Source: Octopus vulgaris (Eukaryota). From it: a DNA stretch of 64,000 nt. The translations under genes were made by a program, and so were the position numbers. Below, piece by piece: positions 40,645 to 54,786 of the stretch. The first letter of the stretch is position 1; each line of letters opens with the position of its first letter. A model generated the notes under the pieces. It saw nothing but the letters and a program-made list of their open reading frames with translations. It did no database searches and was not told the DNA's origin. The stretch spans positions 88,102,001 through 88,166,000 of the forward strand of contig OX597819.1 in the NCBI GenBank assembly GCA_951406725.2, given 5' to 3'.

Positions 40645-40992
40645 TCTCTATCTATCTTTCTCTCTCATTCTCTCTTTCTTACACACACACTCATACATTC
40701 CCTCCCACTGCTTGTGAGTGTGAGTACATTTCTCTTCAAGTGTATAGAGTTCAAGTAATAAATGTAATAAATTGTAATCTATATTTTTATCTCTCTCCCT
40801 CTCTTTATCGCTTTCCCTCTCTTTATCTCTCTCCCTCCCTTTATCTCTCTCCCTCTCTCTATCTCTCTTCCTCCCTTATCTCTCTCCCTCTCTCTATCTC
40901 TCTCCCTCTCTCTATCAATCTTCTCTCTATCTCTCTCCCTCTCTTTATCTTTCTCCCTCTATCTGCATGTATATTTCTACACACATACACAT

Positions 40993-41046
<54 letters not shown>

Positions 41047-43589
41047 CTCCATTACCAAAATATACTATCACCAAAACAGGTTCAATGTCAAGTCAACCAT
41101 GCTAAATCATCAACATCCTATCCAAACGTCCATGTCCAACCATCTCATTCTTCACAGTCTCAACTCACTTCACCTATTCTACCGCAAACAATATTGTTAC
41201 TCAGTGCCACGACTTCGAAGTCACTGTCATACCTCTCTAAAACTGTTTTAGGAAAAGCAGATACATTCATATTGTTGGTTTAATGATTGATTTTTTTTCC
41301 AAGTACTGCTTTGATTGTTGATCTATTTCAAATGCCTCTTTTAGTGATTTAAAACATTTCCATTTTGAATTTACATGAATGCAGTATCTCTTTTCCTTTA
41401 AATGAGCTTAAAGATCAAGATAGCCACATTTCATTGATTCATTGGTCGAAACAAGTATTGGTTTAATACACAACAACATGCTCATTTTCATGTGTAACAG
41501 CTATAAAGCCAAACATCAATACCGATAAGCTTTTCTTTTTTATTTTACATATACTTCATATTTTTATCATATGGTCAATAACTATAAAGAAACAGAATAC
41601 TTTGTAAATAAATGTACAAAATATATAATTTTCATCATCATCATCATCATTTTACATCTGCCTGTCCTTGCTTGCATGGGTTGGACAGATTGATTACGGT
41701 CCAAGTCAGTTCTTGTTCAGAGCACCCCACAACCACAGTTTAGGGAAATAAGATCACCCAAAGGTTTTGGGTTCAATCATCACTAAAGGTAGCATTTCAA
41801 AAATAACTGGAGATCACCTAGGAGTCATAACCAAGGTAGGCCCAGCTTTCTTAGGAACTAATAGCCTGAAACACTTACTTGATAGGAATATCTTCCTCTG
41901 AAGATTTCTCCTGATGTCCATTCTGTCCCATAGCAAGTGTTCACTTTCTGCTAATACATTTCCTTTTTGGCATAATTGCTATGGTCAGATGCTAAATGTT
42001 CTTCCTAACACCCACCTTTTTACAATACGCATAAGGTGCCTTTATCAAAGCTCCTGCAGTAAAGAAGTTTCCCTGTTCTTGTCAAGACTAAAGCATCTTG
42101 CCTAACTTATATTCTCTCCATTCATTCATGAAGCATTTTACAGAGTGAACTGGATACATGTTCTTGTATCAACAGCAATAGAGGTTGCTTATTCCCAGCA
42201 AGATTAAAGGGCCCTCTCTACTCTGGATTGTCTCTGCTTCTTTAAGATAACATGTTCAAGAGTGCTGTGCACAAGTATCCATCAGATTACGCTTCACACC
42301 ATGCCATCCCGTGTCTTCCAGGGTCTACCTCTTCCACAGATTCCCTCAACAGCTTGGGATCAACACTTCTATACACAGCTGTCTTCATCCATATGCATCA
42401 CATGACCATATATATAATAAATAGAAAGTTTGTGTGTTTGTAAATTTGTTACTTTAGCTCCTCCGAGACTATCCAACAGACCTTGATGAAACTTGACACA
42501 TGTGTAGAGCTTATGTCCATGTAGTCACTTATGCACTTGGAATTTTAAAAAAAAATCAATTTTTAATAAGCATTGATTTTTCAAAAATTGCAAAATTTTG
42601 ACATTTTTTGCACTAGCCATAGTGACATCAATTTGACGAAAAATGCCGAAATTTGGTGATAAATATTTCATGGGTATAATCAGGGAGCTTATTAACAGAA
42701 ACCTATTTAGCATTTGCTAATTCTTCATTTCAATGTGAATTGTTTTGATTTGCTAAAACTTATTATTTCAATTCATTGTTTTAATTCAAGACATGAATTC
42801 CAATGAGTGAAACTAGAAACACGTACAAGAAAAAAATTACCAACTAGAATTTGAGAAAACTATTTATGGTTTATTAACTAAATTCCGTGCTGTATTTATG
42901 GTTTGTATCCACAATAGTCATTTTTACTCTTAAATCTCAGATCAACCTTAATCGGACAGAACTATGATCAAAGACATTTCAGTTGTGACCATCCCATCTG
43001 TTTCTTATGAGTAGAGAACTATGGACTAGTTTTTATTTTATTTAACATGTCCATTTTTTTTAGGATAGTAGGGTGTGTGACTTGAGGAAGATTTATCTGC
43101 TATTTCTAGCTAGCAAGGTGACCATGTAAAGACAGGTCCTTCATTGGATCACAACAGCAAAAATTAATACAGATGATAGGTAGACTTAGTAGTTGCTCTA
43201 TTCAACATTATTGCTTAGCCTTAGTATACTTTTAGTAGAGGCCACTCTGGTGTGAGCTTTTAGACCAGATCTCTGAATCTAAGGATTTCAGAATCAGCCA
43301 CCCTTTCTCCTATGAGTTTCTGATCCTTGTAAAAGGATCATGAAAGCTGCCTTTCTTCTTATCCCTAATCTATAATGAACAAAAAAAAAAAAAAAAAATC
43401 AGATAGTGTGGTTAAGATGTTTGCTTTACAGTAACATGGTTTTGGGTTCAGTATTATCAGCAGACACATTTTAGGCAACCCTTGTGAGTGGATTTGGTAA
43501 GTAGAAACTGAGACAAGCCTGTGGTGTGAGTGTGTGTGTATGTGTGTGTGTGTGTACATGTGTGTGTTTGTGTTTCCTTGTCTTGACTA

Positions 43590-43875
43590 TGTGTGATAGT
43601 TGTAAATGAATGTTGCTGTCATACAAGTAGTGTCATTCCTTTCCATCCTCCGAGGTACAAGTCCGGGCCAAGTTGTTTATGGAAGACCAGCAGTCGTCCA
43701 TGCATACCAGCCTCCCCTCTTCATGCCACCGATTTTATCCAAGGGAAAGACAAAGGCCAACACAGTTTGGCACCAGAGATGTCACAACTCATTTCTACAG
43801 CTGAGTGAATTGGAGTAATGTGAAACAAAGTGTCTTGCCCAAGAACACAACACACAGTCTGGTCTGGGAGGTGGG
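43590..43875 (-). mobile_element. Third SINE-like family (homologue at 55332-55670 +)
   Basis: Shared block GGAAGACCAGCAGTCG..CATGCATACC.GCCTCCCCTCT. Both ORF-track translations contain CLWKTSSRPCIPASPLHAT. Confidence 0.75.
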
Positions 43876-44233
43876 ATATGACTAGTTTAAATGCTAATGG
43901 GTTAAACCCAGTATTATGTTTCATAGTCATGTGGATAGTAACTAAACTGGCTCCCCAAACTTGCTTGCCAGGTGAGGAGTGTGTTGTGGACACTATGCAG
44001 GACAGGTAAGCTCATTGTGAGTCAATGGCCATCCATACAAGTGATGTCTTGTAAAAAATATCCTGCATGTGTGCTAGCAGACCATGCAGCAGGTCCAAGA
44101 CCATAGCCAAGAAAATTCCAATGGAAATCATACTGTGCTCTAGTTTGATATCCACGAATGATGTAGTGCAGAGCAAAGAAAAGAACTGAATGGGAGGGGG
44201 GGTAGCCTTATTGACTTTGAAGGAAACAGGATG

Positions 44234-44362
44234 TATGAGGGAGGTGCTGAAAAGTTCCTGGCTTTAAGGGTATTGAAAGGGTAGTACAGTTACCTTTACA
44301 GGAGTAACTGCTCTACCCTTTTGATACCTTTAAAGCCTGGAACATTTTAATACCCCCTTATA
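44234..44362. mobile_element. Tc1/mariner-like MITE
   Basis: TA|TGAGGGAGGTGCTGAAAAGTTCCTGGCTTT...AAAGCCTGGAACATTTTAATACCCCCTTA|TA: degenerate TIRs with TA flanks. Confidence 0.7.
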
Positions 44363-44380
44363 TTTGCCTTTTTAATTACT

Positions 44381-44771
44381 CTTTACTCTCTTTTACTTGT
44401 TTCAGTCATTTGACTGCAGCAATGCTGGAGCACAGCCTTTAATCGATCAAATCGACCCCAGGACTTATTCTTTGTAAGCCTAGTACTTATTTTATCGGTC
44501 TCTTTTGCCAAACCGCTAAGTAACGGGGACACCAGCATCGGTTGTCAAGCAATGCTAGGGGGACAAACACAGACACACAAACACACACATACATATATAT
44601 ACATATATACGACGGGCTTCTTTCAGTTTCCGTCTACCAAATCCACTCACAAGGCTTTGGTTGGCCCGAGGCTATAGTAGAAGACACTTGCCCAAGGTGC
44701 CACACAGTGGGACTGAACCCGGAACCATGTGGCTGGTAAACAAGCTACTTACCACACAGCCACTCCTGCAC
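44381..44771 (-). mobile_element. tRNA-derived SINE, major family (well-preserved copy)
   Basis: Full head-to-tail match to the family, with CpGs retained. Confidence 0.9.
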
Positions 44772-45893
44772 ACCTTTAATCATTAGTTATAAAATTCAAA
44801 TAAATACAATTAAGAATTGAAAATGGTTCACAAATTTGTATTATTGAGAGCTAATATTGCTAAACAGGTTTACCTTGTTGAATTTAATATAAACCAAAGA
44901 TATCCATCAATGGGTGATTAGCTCTATTGACTTTGAAAGAAAGAAGGATGTACTTGTTTTTAATCATTATATCTTTTTTCCCAAAGTTATTAACATGTCA
45001 AATGGCTACAAGTGAGAATTGAAACTGGTTCACAGACTCATTGTTGAGAGCCTGTATTGCAAAACAAGCTTGCCTGGATAAATAAGTCATATTAATTTGA
45101 TTTTTTTAACAGCCATTCAACTAGACCAGTTGTCTTCACTATGGGTTAAGGAGATTCATTTCTCACAGAGTGGGAGTGGAGACAAAAATGGAAATAGCCA
45201 TCAGGCTAAAAGACTGGTGTACTTAGGAAATGAATAGGTAGCAGGTGTATTTTAGCTATGCTTGTGTGAGATTCCCAAATAAATTCGGAAAGAAGTATGA
45301 AAAGATATTGAAAGTGCAAGCTGCTTAGCATGCTAAACAGTTTGTGAAGTAACAGAAGAAAGAAAATGTTACGTTGAAAAATATATAAAAAGGACAAAGA
45401 AAAACAAGGAAAGAATCTTTAAGCACAATGATACAAGCATATATGTATTCAGTTGATATGAGAGTAAAGATAAAGAGAAGCGTTATTATGAAGTGCAGCT
45501 AGGGAAAGAGAGAGTTAGAATTGTCTACTCCACTGACCCAGTTGAAAAGACATTTATAGAGAGATTAGCAGGGCATAGAATAAAATATAGAAGGCAATAA
45601 GTAAGTTGGGAAGGCTATAGAGCATTCATGTGTGGCAGCAGGAATGTTAAAAGCCTCAAACAGGATTAGAGTCATAACTAGTCACACCCCTAACTATACA
45701 GACTATATACATCAGGGTGTTATTTCCAATGACAGCCGGTGTCATAAGGAAAAGAAGCGACTGACTGCGATGGAGTGAGAAATATTATGAACTAAATAAT
45801 AAAAGTTTGGGAAATTTAGTGCAGATTTTCAGATGCTTTTCATCGAAGGTTTGGTTTGTATGCAGAAGGCTTGAGAGTGTTTTTTTTACTTTC

Positions 45894-46216
<323 letters not shown>

Positions 46217-46710
46217 TCATGTGTTTCTGTGTGTGTGAGGAAACTGGAACAGATACTTAGCTGGCAACTGCTGAATACACAGATAGTTTTTATCAATCTG
46301 AACAAAATATTTGACAGGACAGCATTTATCTATAACAAAGGAGTTGCAAAAACCTGCTAGAAATAGCAAAAAAAAAAAATTCTTGTCAAATTACATGTTA
46401 TATAATTTTACTGGATAATGTAGTCAGAGTGTACAAAAACATGGACGGCTGGAATTTGACCATAGGTGCATTTTGCTCATAGCTGATCTTAAAGCCCCCC
46501 CCACACACACACACCAAAAAAAAAAAACCACAGCTTGAAGAGCAATGAAGTGATCATCTCTAAAATACTGTGAATTCTCTATAAATCATTGCACCTTTAA
46601 CATGTTTGTCACATTTGGAGAATATATACACTGTAAAAAAACTGGCTTAGAAACATCATCCAACCAACACCAGCATGGAAAAATGAATGTGAAACACAAT
46701 TTCTGCTGCT

Positions 46711-46741
<31 letters not shown>

Positions 46742-47026
46742 ATGATGGTAGTGGTGGTGGTGGTGGTGGTGGTGGTGGTGGTGGTGGTGGTGGTAGTGAT
46801 GAAGGCAATGATCCTTCTCCTGTTGCTATTGTTGTTTAGCCCCTTGTCAGCCCTGATTAAGCAGATGTACATTCAAAGCATTCTAACTATATGCATACCT
46901 TCTTTTATTCAGACATGATATATCTATGACTCCATCAACCAATGTTACTTTTAATAGGTTAGAATATGATTTTAAATGAGATTTCTTTGCTATTTCTAGC
47001 AGGCCAAGTGACTGTGCTAAGTATAT

Positions 47027-47088
<62 letters not shown>

Positions 47089-47147
47089 CACATACATACA
47101 TACATTCATACATACATATATATATGTATGTATGTATGTATGTATAT

Positions 47148-47550
47148 ATGGCCTTCATTGATCTGACAAAGGCCTTTGACTCGGTAAATAGAAAAGGCCT
47201 CTTCATCCTGCTCCAAAAAATCGGATGTCCACCAAAGCTGCTGAGGATCATCAAATCTTTCCATGATGATATGCAAGGTACCATACAGCACAATGGTTCA
47301 ACATCACCCGCCTTCCAAATAAAAAAAAACGAGGTAAAGCAAGGTTGTGTCCTTGCTCCTACATTATTTGGCATCTTCTTCTTGCTGCTGCTGTCATATG
47401 CCTTTGAGACATCAGATGACGGAGTGTTTCTACACAGTAGATGTGATGGGAAACTGTTCAATCTCTCGCGTCTGCATGCCAAGACCAAAATCAGAAACGT
47501 CCTGAGATGCTATTTGCTGATGCTGCTGCTCTGGTATCACACACAGAAGG
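47148..47550 (+). pseudogene. RTE-clade (BovB-like) reverse transcriptase fragment
   Basis: [28 protein letters not shown]...[16 protein letters not shown], then a frameshift near the LFADD-like motif. Flanked by TA-rich microsatellites. Confidence 0.92.
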
Positions 47551-48227
47551 ATATATATATATATATATATATATGAAACTGCCATTCCTTCAATGCTCTA
47601 CTTGTTATAACCAGAAATGGTTCTAAAGAAGGTAGCATTAATTTTCTGAGATCATTCAATTTTTCTCAAATGATCAATAGACTGATTCAGTAAAGTTATT
47701 AGTAATGTAGCTGTTGTGGGAGGATCCTGAACACCACCATATGACTGAAGATGGACTAATGGATTTCAATAAATAAGAACTGTGTGAACTGTCAAGTGGA
47801 GTTGACAGTGTTGGTGAACCATATTGGTTACAGTGTAAGTGCAATGTGTGTTGGTTTAATATCATACCTATGTTTGAGTAGTACGGAGTGCATTCTATGC
47901 GAACAAAATAATTCTGTGATAGGTATTTTTAGATAACCACATCCAAATATTTATTTTTTTAACCCGATGTGTACACCATATGTCATAACAGTACCTATAA
48001 TCATTACTGGAAACAGCTGTAAGCCAAATCTGCTCCAACAAAGGAAGAATACATAATGATCATTATATTCAACTTGTTTTGTATATATATATATATATAC
48101 ATACACACCCACACACAAACATATATATATGTGTATGAGTGTGTGTGTATATATTTATATATGTATATATATACATACATACACACATATACATATACAT
48201 ACACACACACATATATTACATATATAT

Positions 48228-48308
<81 letters not shown>

Positions 48309-48484
48309 ATGGTAAATGAAAGACAGAAGATGGAATATACAAGAATTTATTATTAATCATAACAATTGTTTTGACACATCCAACATTGATCCCTCATGGG
48401 TGTGACACTTAACAACTGGTTCAGGAACATCTGGTAGTGCAGATGTGTCTCATCAGTTGATATATATATATATATATATATATA

Positions 48485-48685
48485 GTCAATTCAAAAACAC
48501 AGACAAAAAGTAAAATACTAACGTTTGGACGTGGCACAAGCAATGTATTAATAAGATGCTCAGAGAAGGAAAAGACTAGAAGTTTTATGTTTTGAGCATA
48601 GCTCTTCTTCGGAAACAGGAAGAAACAGGAGAGTCCAAAATGAAGGAGGAACAAAAATTGGCAACAATCACATGCGGTTACATTT
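48485..48685 (-). mobile_element. Dispersed Penelope pLTR-like repeat with a decayed minimal hammerhead (copy C)
   Basis: Minus strand 48615-48584 reads tttCCGAAGA-AGAGC-tat-GCTC-AAAACAT-aaaa. The tail is homologous to copies A and B. Confidence 0.5.
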
Positions 48686-48711
48686 TTGAACTATATGTAT
48701 GTATATTTGTA

Positions 48712-48747
<36 letters not shown>

Positions 48748-48767
48748 CATATTGTTTTGTTTGTTCC

Positions 48768-49058
48768 TTCTCAAGCCACTCCTGGCTCATAAGGGCCGGT
48801 TTCCTGGTTTCCTTGGCATATAGGTTCCCCACCTGGACAGGATGCCGGCCTGTCACAGGTGAGCTGCAAGATGCAGGAGGAAAGAATGAGAGAAAGTTGT
48901 GACAAAAGAGTCAGCAGAAGTTCGCTATTACTTTCTGCCGGAGCCGCGTGGAGCTTAGGTGTTTCGCTCATAAATACACACATCGCCCGGTCTGAGATTC
49001 AAACTTGCGATCCCATGACCGTGAGACCGCTGCTCTAACCACTAGGCCATGTGTCTCC
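48768..49058 (-). mobile_element. tRNA-derived SINE, fourth family
   Basis: Minus head TGGCCTAGTGGTTAGAGCAGCGG...AGTTTGAATCTC. A partial copy lies at 58408-58555. Confidence 0.8.
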
Positions 49059-49185
49059 ACACACACACACACACACACACATATGTAAATGTACGCACAC
49101 ACACACGCACACATATACATATGTACATGTACACACACACACACACGCACACACACATATTCAAGTAAAAAATAAAAGATATATA

Positions 49186-51155
49186 AGAGTGTAGTGGATG
49201 CTTTTACATGCCACCGGCACAAGCGCCATTCAGGCAGTACTGGCATCGACCACACTCAAATGGTGCTTTTTATGTGCCACCTGCACAGGTTTCAGTCTGG
49301 TGGCACTGGCAATGATCACACTCAAATAGTGCTTTAAACGTTCTACTGGCACAGGTGCCAATCAGACAGTACTGTCATCTGCCATGACAACAATTTCACT
49401 TACTTCAATAAGTCTTTGTAAGCATAGTTTATTGTCCAATGATTGAAGGGTACTCTTAAATGGGCTGGTTTATACAGCACTGGCATAGGCCATGGTTATG
49501 GTCTGACTTGGCTTGCCGGGTCTTCTCAAGCACAGCATATCTCCAAAGGTCTCGGTCACTTGTCATTGCTTCGGTGAGGCCCAAAGTTCAAAGGTCGTGC
49601 TTCAGCACCTATTCCAGGTCTTCCTGGGTTTACCTCTTCCACAGGTTCCCTCTACTGCTAGGGTGTAACACTTTTTCACACAGCTGTCCTCATCCATTCA
49701 CATCACATGACCATACCAATGCAGTCATCTCTCTTGCACACCACATCTGATGTTTCTTAAGTCCAACTTTTCCCTCAGAGCGCTTACATTGTCGTGTATG
49801 AACCCTGACATTACACATCCAGTGGAGCATACTAGCTTCATTCCTTGCAAGCTTACACATGTCCTCAGCAGTCATGGCCCATGTTTCACTGCCATGTAGC
49901 ATGGCTGTTCACACACATGCATCATACAGTCTACCTTTTACTCTGAGAAAGAGGCCCTTTGTCACCAGCAGAGGTAGGAGCTTTCTGAACTTTGCCCAGG
50001 CTATTCATATTCTAGCAGCTACACTTTAAGAGCATCCATCCTGCTACTGACTTGGTCACTGAGGTAATGGAAGCTGTCAACTACTTGTAGTTTTTTTCCC
50101 ATGGAGTGTGGCAGAAGCTGTTCTCTGCACATTTTCTGTGTTTATTGCTCCTGAGCATTTTCCACACACAAAAACTATTTTCCCAGTTAACCTTCCTTTG
50201 ATATTGCTGTACCTCTTATGTGTCCATAGTTTACACTGGGTACATCTTATAGAGTTTCTACCTATGCCTTTTCTACAGATCGAGCAGGGCCATCTACCTG
50301 AAGGGATTTGTGGTTTGTCTGCCTTCCTACTTATTAAGACTTTGGTTTTTGCTCAGTTGACTCTAAGGCCCTTTGATTCTAATGCTTGCTTCCACACCTG
50401 AAACCTCTCCTCTAGTTCTGACAGTGACTCAGTAATTAGAGCAAGGTCATCAACATAGAGAATTTCCCTGGGGCATCATGTCTTGAATTCCTCTGTTATT
50501 GCCTGGAGGACTGATGAATAAGATGGGGCTGAAGACTGATCCTTGGTGAACCCCTACTCCTACCTGGAATTCTTCACTGTACTTGTTGCCAACCATCACC
50601 TTACTGACAGCATCCCTGTACATGGCTTGTACAGTTCTCACTAACTATTCATCTATCCCTAGTTTCCTCATTGACCATTAGATAAGGGATTGGGGGACCC
50701 TGTCAAAGGCTTTCTCCATGTCAATGAAAGCCAGATACAGAGGTTTATCTTTGGTTAGGTATTTCTTCTGCAGCTGTCTTACCAGAAATATAGCATCAGT
50801 GGTGCTTTTCCCTGGCACAAACCCGAATTGCATCTCATCTACACTGACTCTCTCCCTAATTAGTTAGGTTATGACCCTCTCCATGACTTTTATTACCTGA
50901 TCCAACAACTTGATACCTCTGTAATTATTTGTATCGTAAGCATCACTTTTACCTTTGTAGCAGTTGACTATGGCGTTGCAACATCAGTCATTGGGTATGA
51001 CTCTTTCATGTATCACCTGGTTAACTATACAGGTGACTAGACTTTAGCCAACACCACCAGATATTTTAAGCATCTCTGTGGTGATTCCTGATGGGCCAGG
51101 GGCTTTCCCTGTCTTCATACCCTTAATTGCTTTATCTACCAAGGTACTGTCAATT
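49186..51155 (-). pseudogene. RTE-clade LINE, decayed ORF (RT domain) plus 3' UTR
   Basis: Motifs KAPGPSGIT, AFIDMEKAFDRVP, VGVHQGSVFSPILF and LHGSETWAMT, broken by stops and frameshifts. Confidence 0.92.
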
Positions 51156-51457
51156 CAGATAGCATTATATAAACATTATATAATGAATATTTTGCTCTTC
51201 AGAGAACATACATATGTTTCAAGAAATATTCTTTATAGGGATGTCATTATTATCTATATCATCATATTATATTCATTTTCCCTGCTGGCAAGAATTATAC
51301 ATACATAAATGTATATATAATATACACACACATAAGTGCTCTTCTCTAAGCAATACTCATAAAGCATTTACATAATGTTAAGTATGTTGAATGTTACCTG
51401 ATGTTTAGGATGTTCAGTATACATATGTATATATATAGGTTTATGAATACACACACT

Positions 51458-51522
<65 letters not shown>

Positions 51523-51734
51523 TTATAGTAGTCTAAGAATCCATAAGTAACAAAAAATAGGCACTCTTATTTGGTTAGGTCAAAACTTTGCTGGGTTCTC
51601 AGAACATGATAGTGGGAGGACCAGTGGTAGAGATCCTCACATTTATAATCATTGTAAGGCCAGTAGGGACCTTCTCTCATATAAACTGCAGAAGTTTAAG
51701 TAGACATCTGTGTGAAGAGAATATTTTAATATAA

Positions 51735-52235
51735 TTATTTTCTCTGCAGTTTTTACTACAGTTAAAATCAAGCTTGCACTTCTCCAATATTTTCCACTTG
51801 ATGTTGTAATATGTGACAGTTTCCTTCAATGACCATACATGCCTAGCCATAGCGTCTTTCCTGGATACTAAAAAAGGACTTATGGTTGTTCAATCTGGTC
51901 TTGAAAGTGCCTTCTGTTGTACCCACATACTTCTACATGTTGGGATCCTTTGACATCACCTCTATCTCATATATGACTGTCTCTATTTAGAGTAGCCATA
52001 AAGGGAACATGTGATGTTGCTTCTACATGAGCATCCTGCTTCTGTCTCAGGGCAGGCTTACTTAGTAAGATTTTCTTTACACAAAGTGTACAGCTGAAAG
52101 AAACTCTTAAGGTGTGTCTATTAAATATCTTATGGAACCTATTCATATGAGGAATATGTTTATTTACTAAGTTAAGGAACACGCCAGACTCTAACCCTAC
52201 ATGCAAATTCCTTACGTGTTCTATATTTTCTATAA
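51735..52235 (-). pseudogene. Penelope-like element remnant (RT C-terminal linker plus GIY-YIG endonuclease)
   Basis: FLNLVNKHIPHMNRFHKIFNRHTLRVSFSC, then YVGTTEGTFKTRLNNHKSF and ARHVWSLKE...IKWKILEKC, typical of the PLE linker and GIY-YIG domain. Confidence 0.85.
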
Positions 52236-52426
52236 GCACAGGTATGACTGTGTAGTATAGAAACTTATTTTACAGTCATATAGTTTCAGGTACAGCTACA
52301 CTGTGCAACACCTTGGGCAGGTGTCTTCTACTAGAGCCCCAGGTCAACCAATGTCTGGTGCAGCCTCCTGACTTCCCAGACCCCAGTTGAACCGTCCAAG
52401 GACGTTTAACAATGATGATGATGATA

Positions 52427-52485
<59 letters not shown>

Positions 52486-54611
52486 ATTGATTAAATGCTT
52501 GTTATGTACAGTTTTTTTAAATGTATGGTCCTGTGCCTTATTTACTGTCTATTCACATAAAAGAATGAGTGAGAGTAACCAAAGCAGGGCAATTTTAACC
52601 CTCTTTCCTTTTCCAACCTGATTACTACTACCCACTCTAAGATAAATAAGCCAAGGTGGATACAATACACTATTAACAATTCTGGAGAAGTTGTTGTCTA
52701 GCATCAGATCAGTTCTGTTCAACAAGATTCATGATCTAAGATGCCTCAACTATGACTGTTCTGTCATTTTGTAAAATAGAGACTATTTGTGTAATGTCTC
52801 CTTTAAGAAAATATATTATGTAATTTGGAGATTTGGTTGTTATTTCTAACAAGTTGAACAACCATATTGTGGGCCCTCCTCACTGACTTATCCAGGGAAA
52901 TAGAAGAGATATAAGAATTGATTCAGTCTAATAGTGAACTTAAAGTTGTAGAATACTTGGGATTTTATTAAAAACTTGCTTTTTGGCTATATGGATTTTC
53001 TTGGATTGAGATAAAAATGTGTGTGTGTGTGTGTGTGTAATAGGTGCATAGATTCATTGTAAAACAGTGTTCTTGTGAGCATAAATTTTTCTTTTGAGAC
53101 ATTTTCTCACTGTGAACAGTAATCCAGCTTTTATAAAGCTGTCTTAGCAATGTGAAGACTATGCGGTCACCATGAAATGTTATTCTGAATAATAAAGTCT
53201 CATATTTGAAGAAAAGAGAATGGATTTGGCTGCATATTGTTCATGATTAATGAAAATGCAGTGTTGAGAGATTATTTTCTCAAGATAGATAATATCTTTA
53301 CTTTTATGAAGTTAAATGAAACTAAGCTCTAGATTCCTTGTAGAAATTTTTTAGGTCACTGGTCATGGAGAATGTAGAGGCCTGGTAGGAGGTATCAAAC
53401 CAGTCTTGTGTATAGGAGAGTAAGAGAGAAAGTGTTAAAAGGAAGAGAAAGGTGTGTGATATCAAATGTATAAGCAATGATATTGTTAGAAATGATAGCA
53501 AATCAAATTGTTATTGTTTAGCCACAGGCCAGCTCTGACTCAACAGATCTATGATCAAAGATTTTCCACTCATGACTGTCCTTGACTTTTTGTTTTGATA
53601 TGATATATATATAGAACCACATTCTCTGATGTGTTCTTTTTAAGCAAGTAGAGTATGATCTGAGGGAGAATGGGGAGCTATTTCTAGCAGACCAAGCAAC
53701 CACAAAATGGCCTTCTGTGTTGAGATGATTATCAAAAAGGCCACTGAGCTTCAAAGCACACATAACTAGATAAAAGCAAAATTTAAGAGTTCACCATTAA
53801 CATGTACTGAAAGAAACCTACTAATCCAGGGGATTAGTGTCAGATGCTGAACATTTCTCATGTCTGCCATCATTTGTGACTTAACTGATATCAGTATGTG
53901 ACCAATGGTTAGCAACAGGAGAAAATCTGTTTTAATTCTGCTGAAACGAAACCAATTGTCACACAGATGTAAATGAGGGATAATTTATAATTGTTTTGAT
54001 ATAAAGGTGTTGGAATAGCAATGTGGTTAACTTCACTTTACAATAATGTGGTCACAAGTTCAATCCTTTTTACGAGGCACTTTAAGCCAGTGTTTTTACT
54101 ATTGCTTTATGCCAATGAAGGCGCATGACACAGTGGTTAGAGCATCAAGCTCACAGCCATGAGGTAGTGAGTTCGATTCCCGGACTGGCCTTTCTCCAAT
54201 CCACTCAGCTGGAAGTGAGTAATCCTGTGATGGACTAACATCCTGTTCAGTAGTAATGTAGTTATCTTCATGACTTATACACTATAAAAATTGTAGTAAT
54301 GTTTCATTCCCTAACCAATTGGGCATATAACAACATGACAACCAAAATTCAGGACCTTTAGTGAGACACAACTTTATGTATGATGAGACCCAGACTGCAA
54401 AATGGATGCAACATAACATGTTGAATGGAATCTCACCCATAAGGGACAGTAGCAGGATGGGGCAAAATGACTGTTGTACAAAATAAAGATTAATACCAAA
54501 GCCATCTTCTGGTTACTTAAGAAATTTCTATTATTATCTCAACTAATACTGCAGAATTCCTGAAATAGATCCAACAGCAATATACCCTGACTGCGAATGA
54601 ATCCTCCTTAA

Positions 54612-54786
54612 AGTCCAACCCCTCCTCAAAGCGATAGGGTGGTGTAAACGGGCAGTGTCAGAGCTATGCCGTCGGGAACTTCGGTTCCTGGTAGGGCCAC
54701 CCAAGGCAGATTGGTCTGGCACCGAGCGGTATTAGGGCCGTAGCCTAGCCAACGGGGCTCTGGTGAAAATTCGAAGAGGCGTCTGA
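54612..54786 (+). mobile_element. GC-rich fragment resembling the conserved 5' region of RTE retrotransposons
   Basis: GAGCTATGCCG...GTAGGGCCACCCAAGGCAGATTGGTC resembles, from memory, the BovB/Rex3 5' motif. Contains a GGGAAC-UUCG-GUUCCU hairpin. Confidence 0.55.

Noticed and set aside
42408-42900. Possible non-autonomous Helitron-like element
   Set aside because: Only a vague 5' resemblance, and no 3' hairpin/CTRR terminus could be confirmed.
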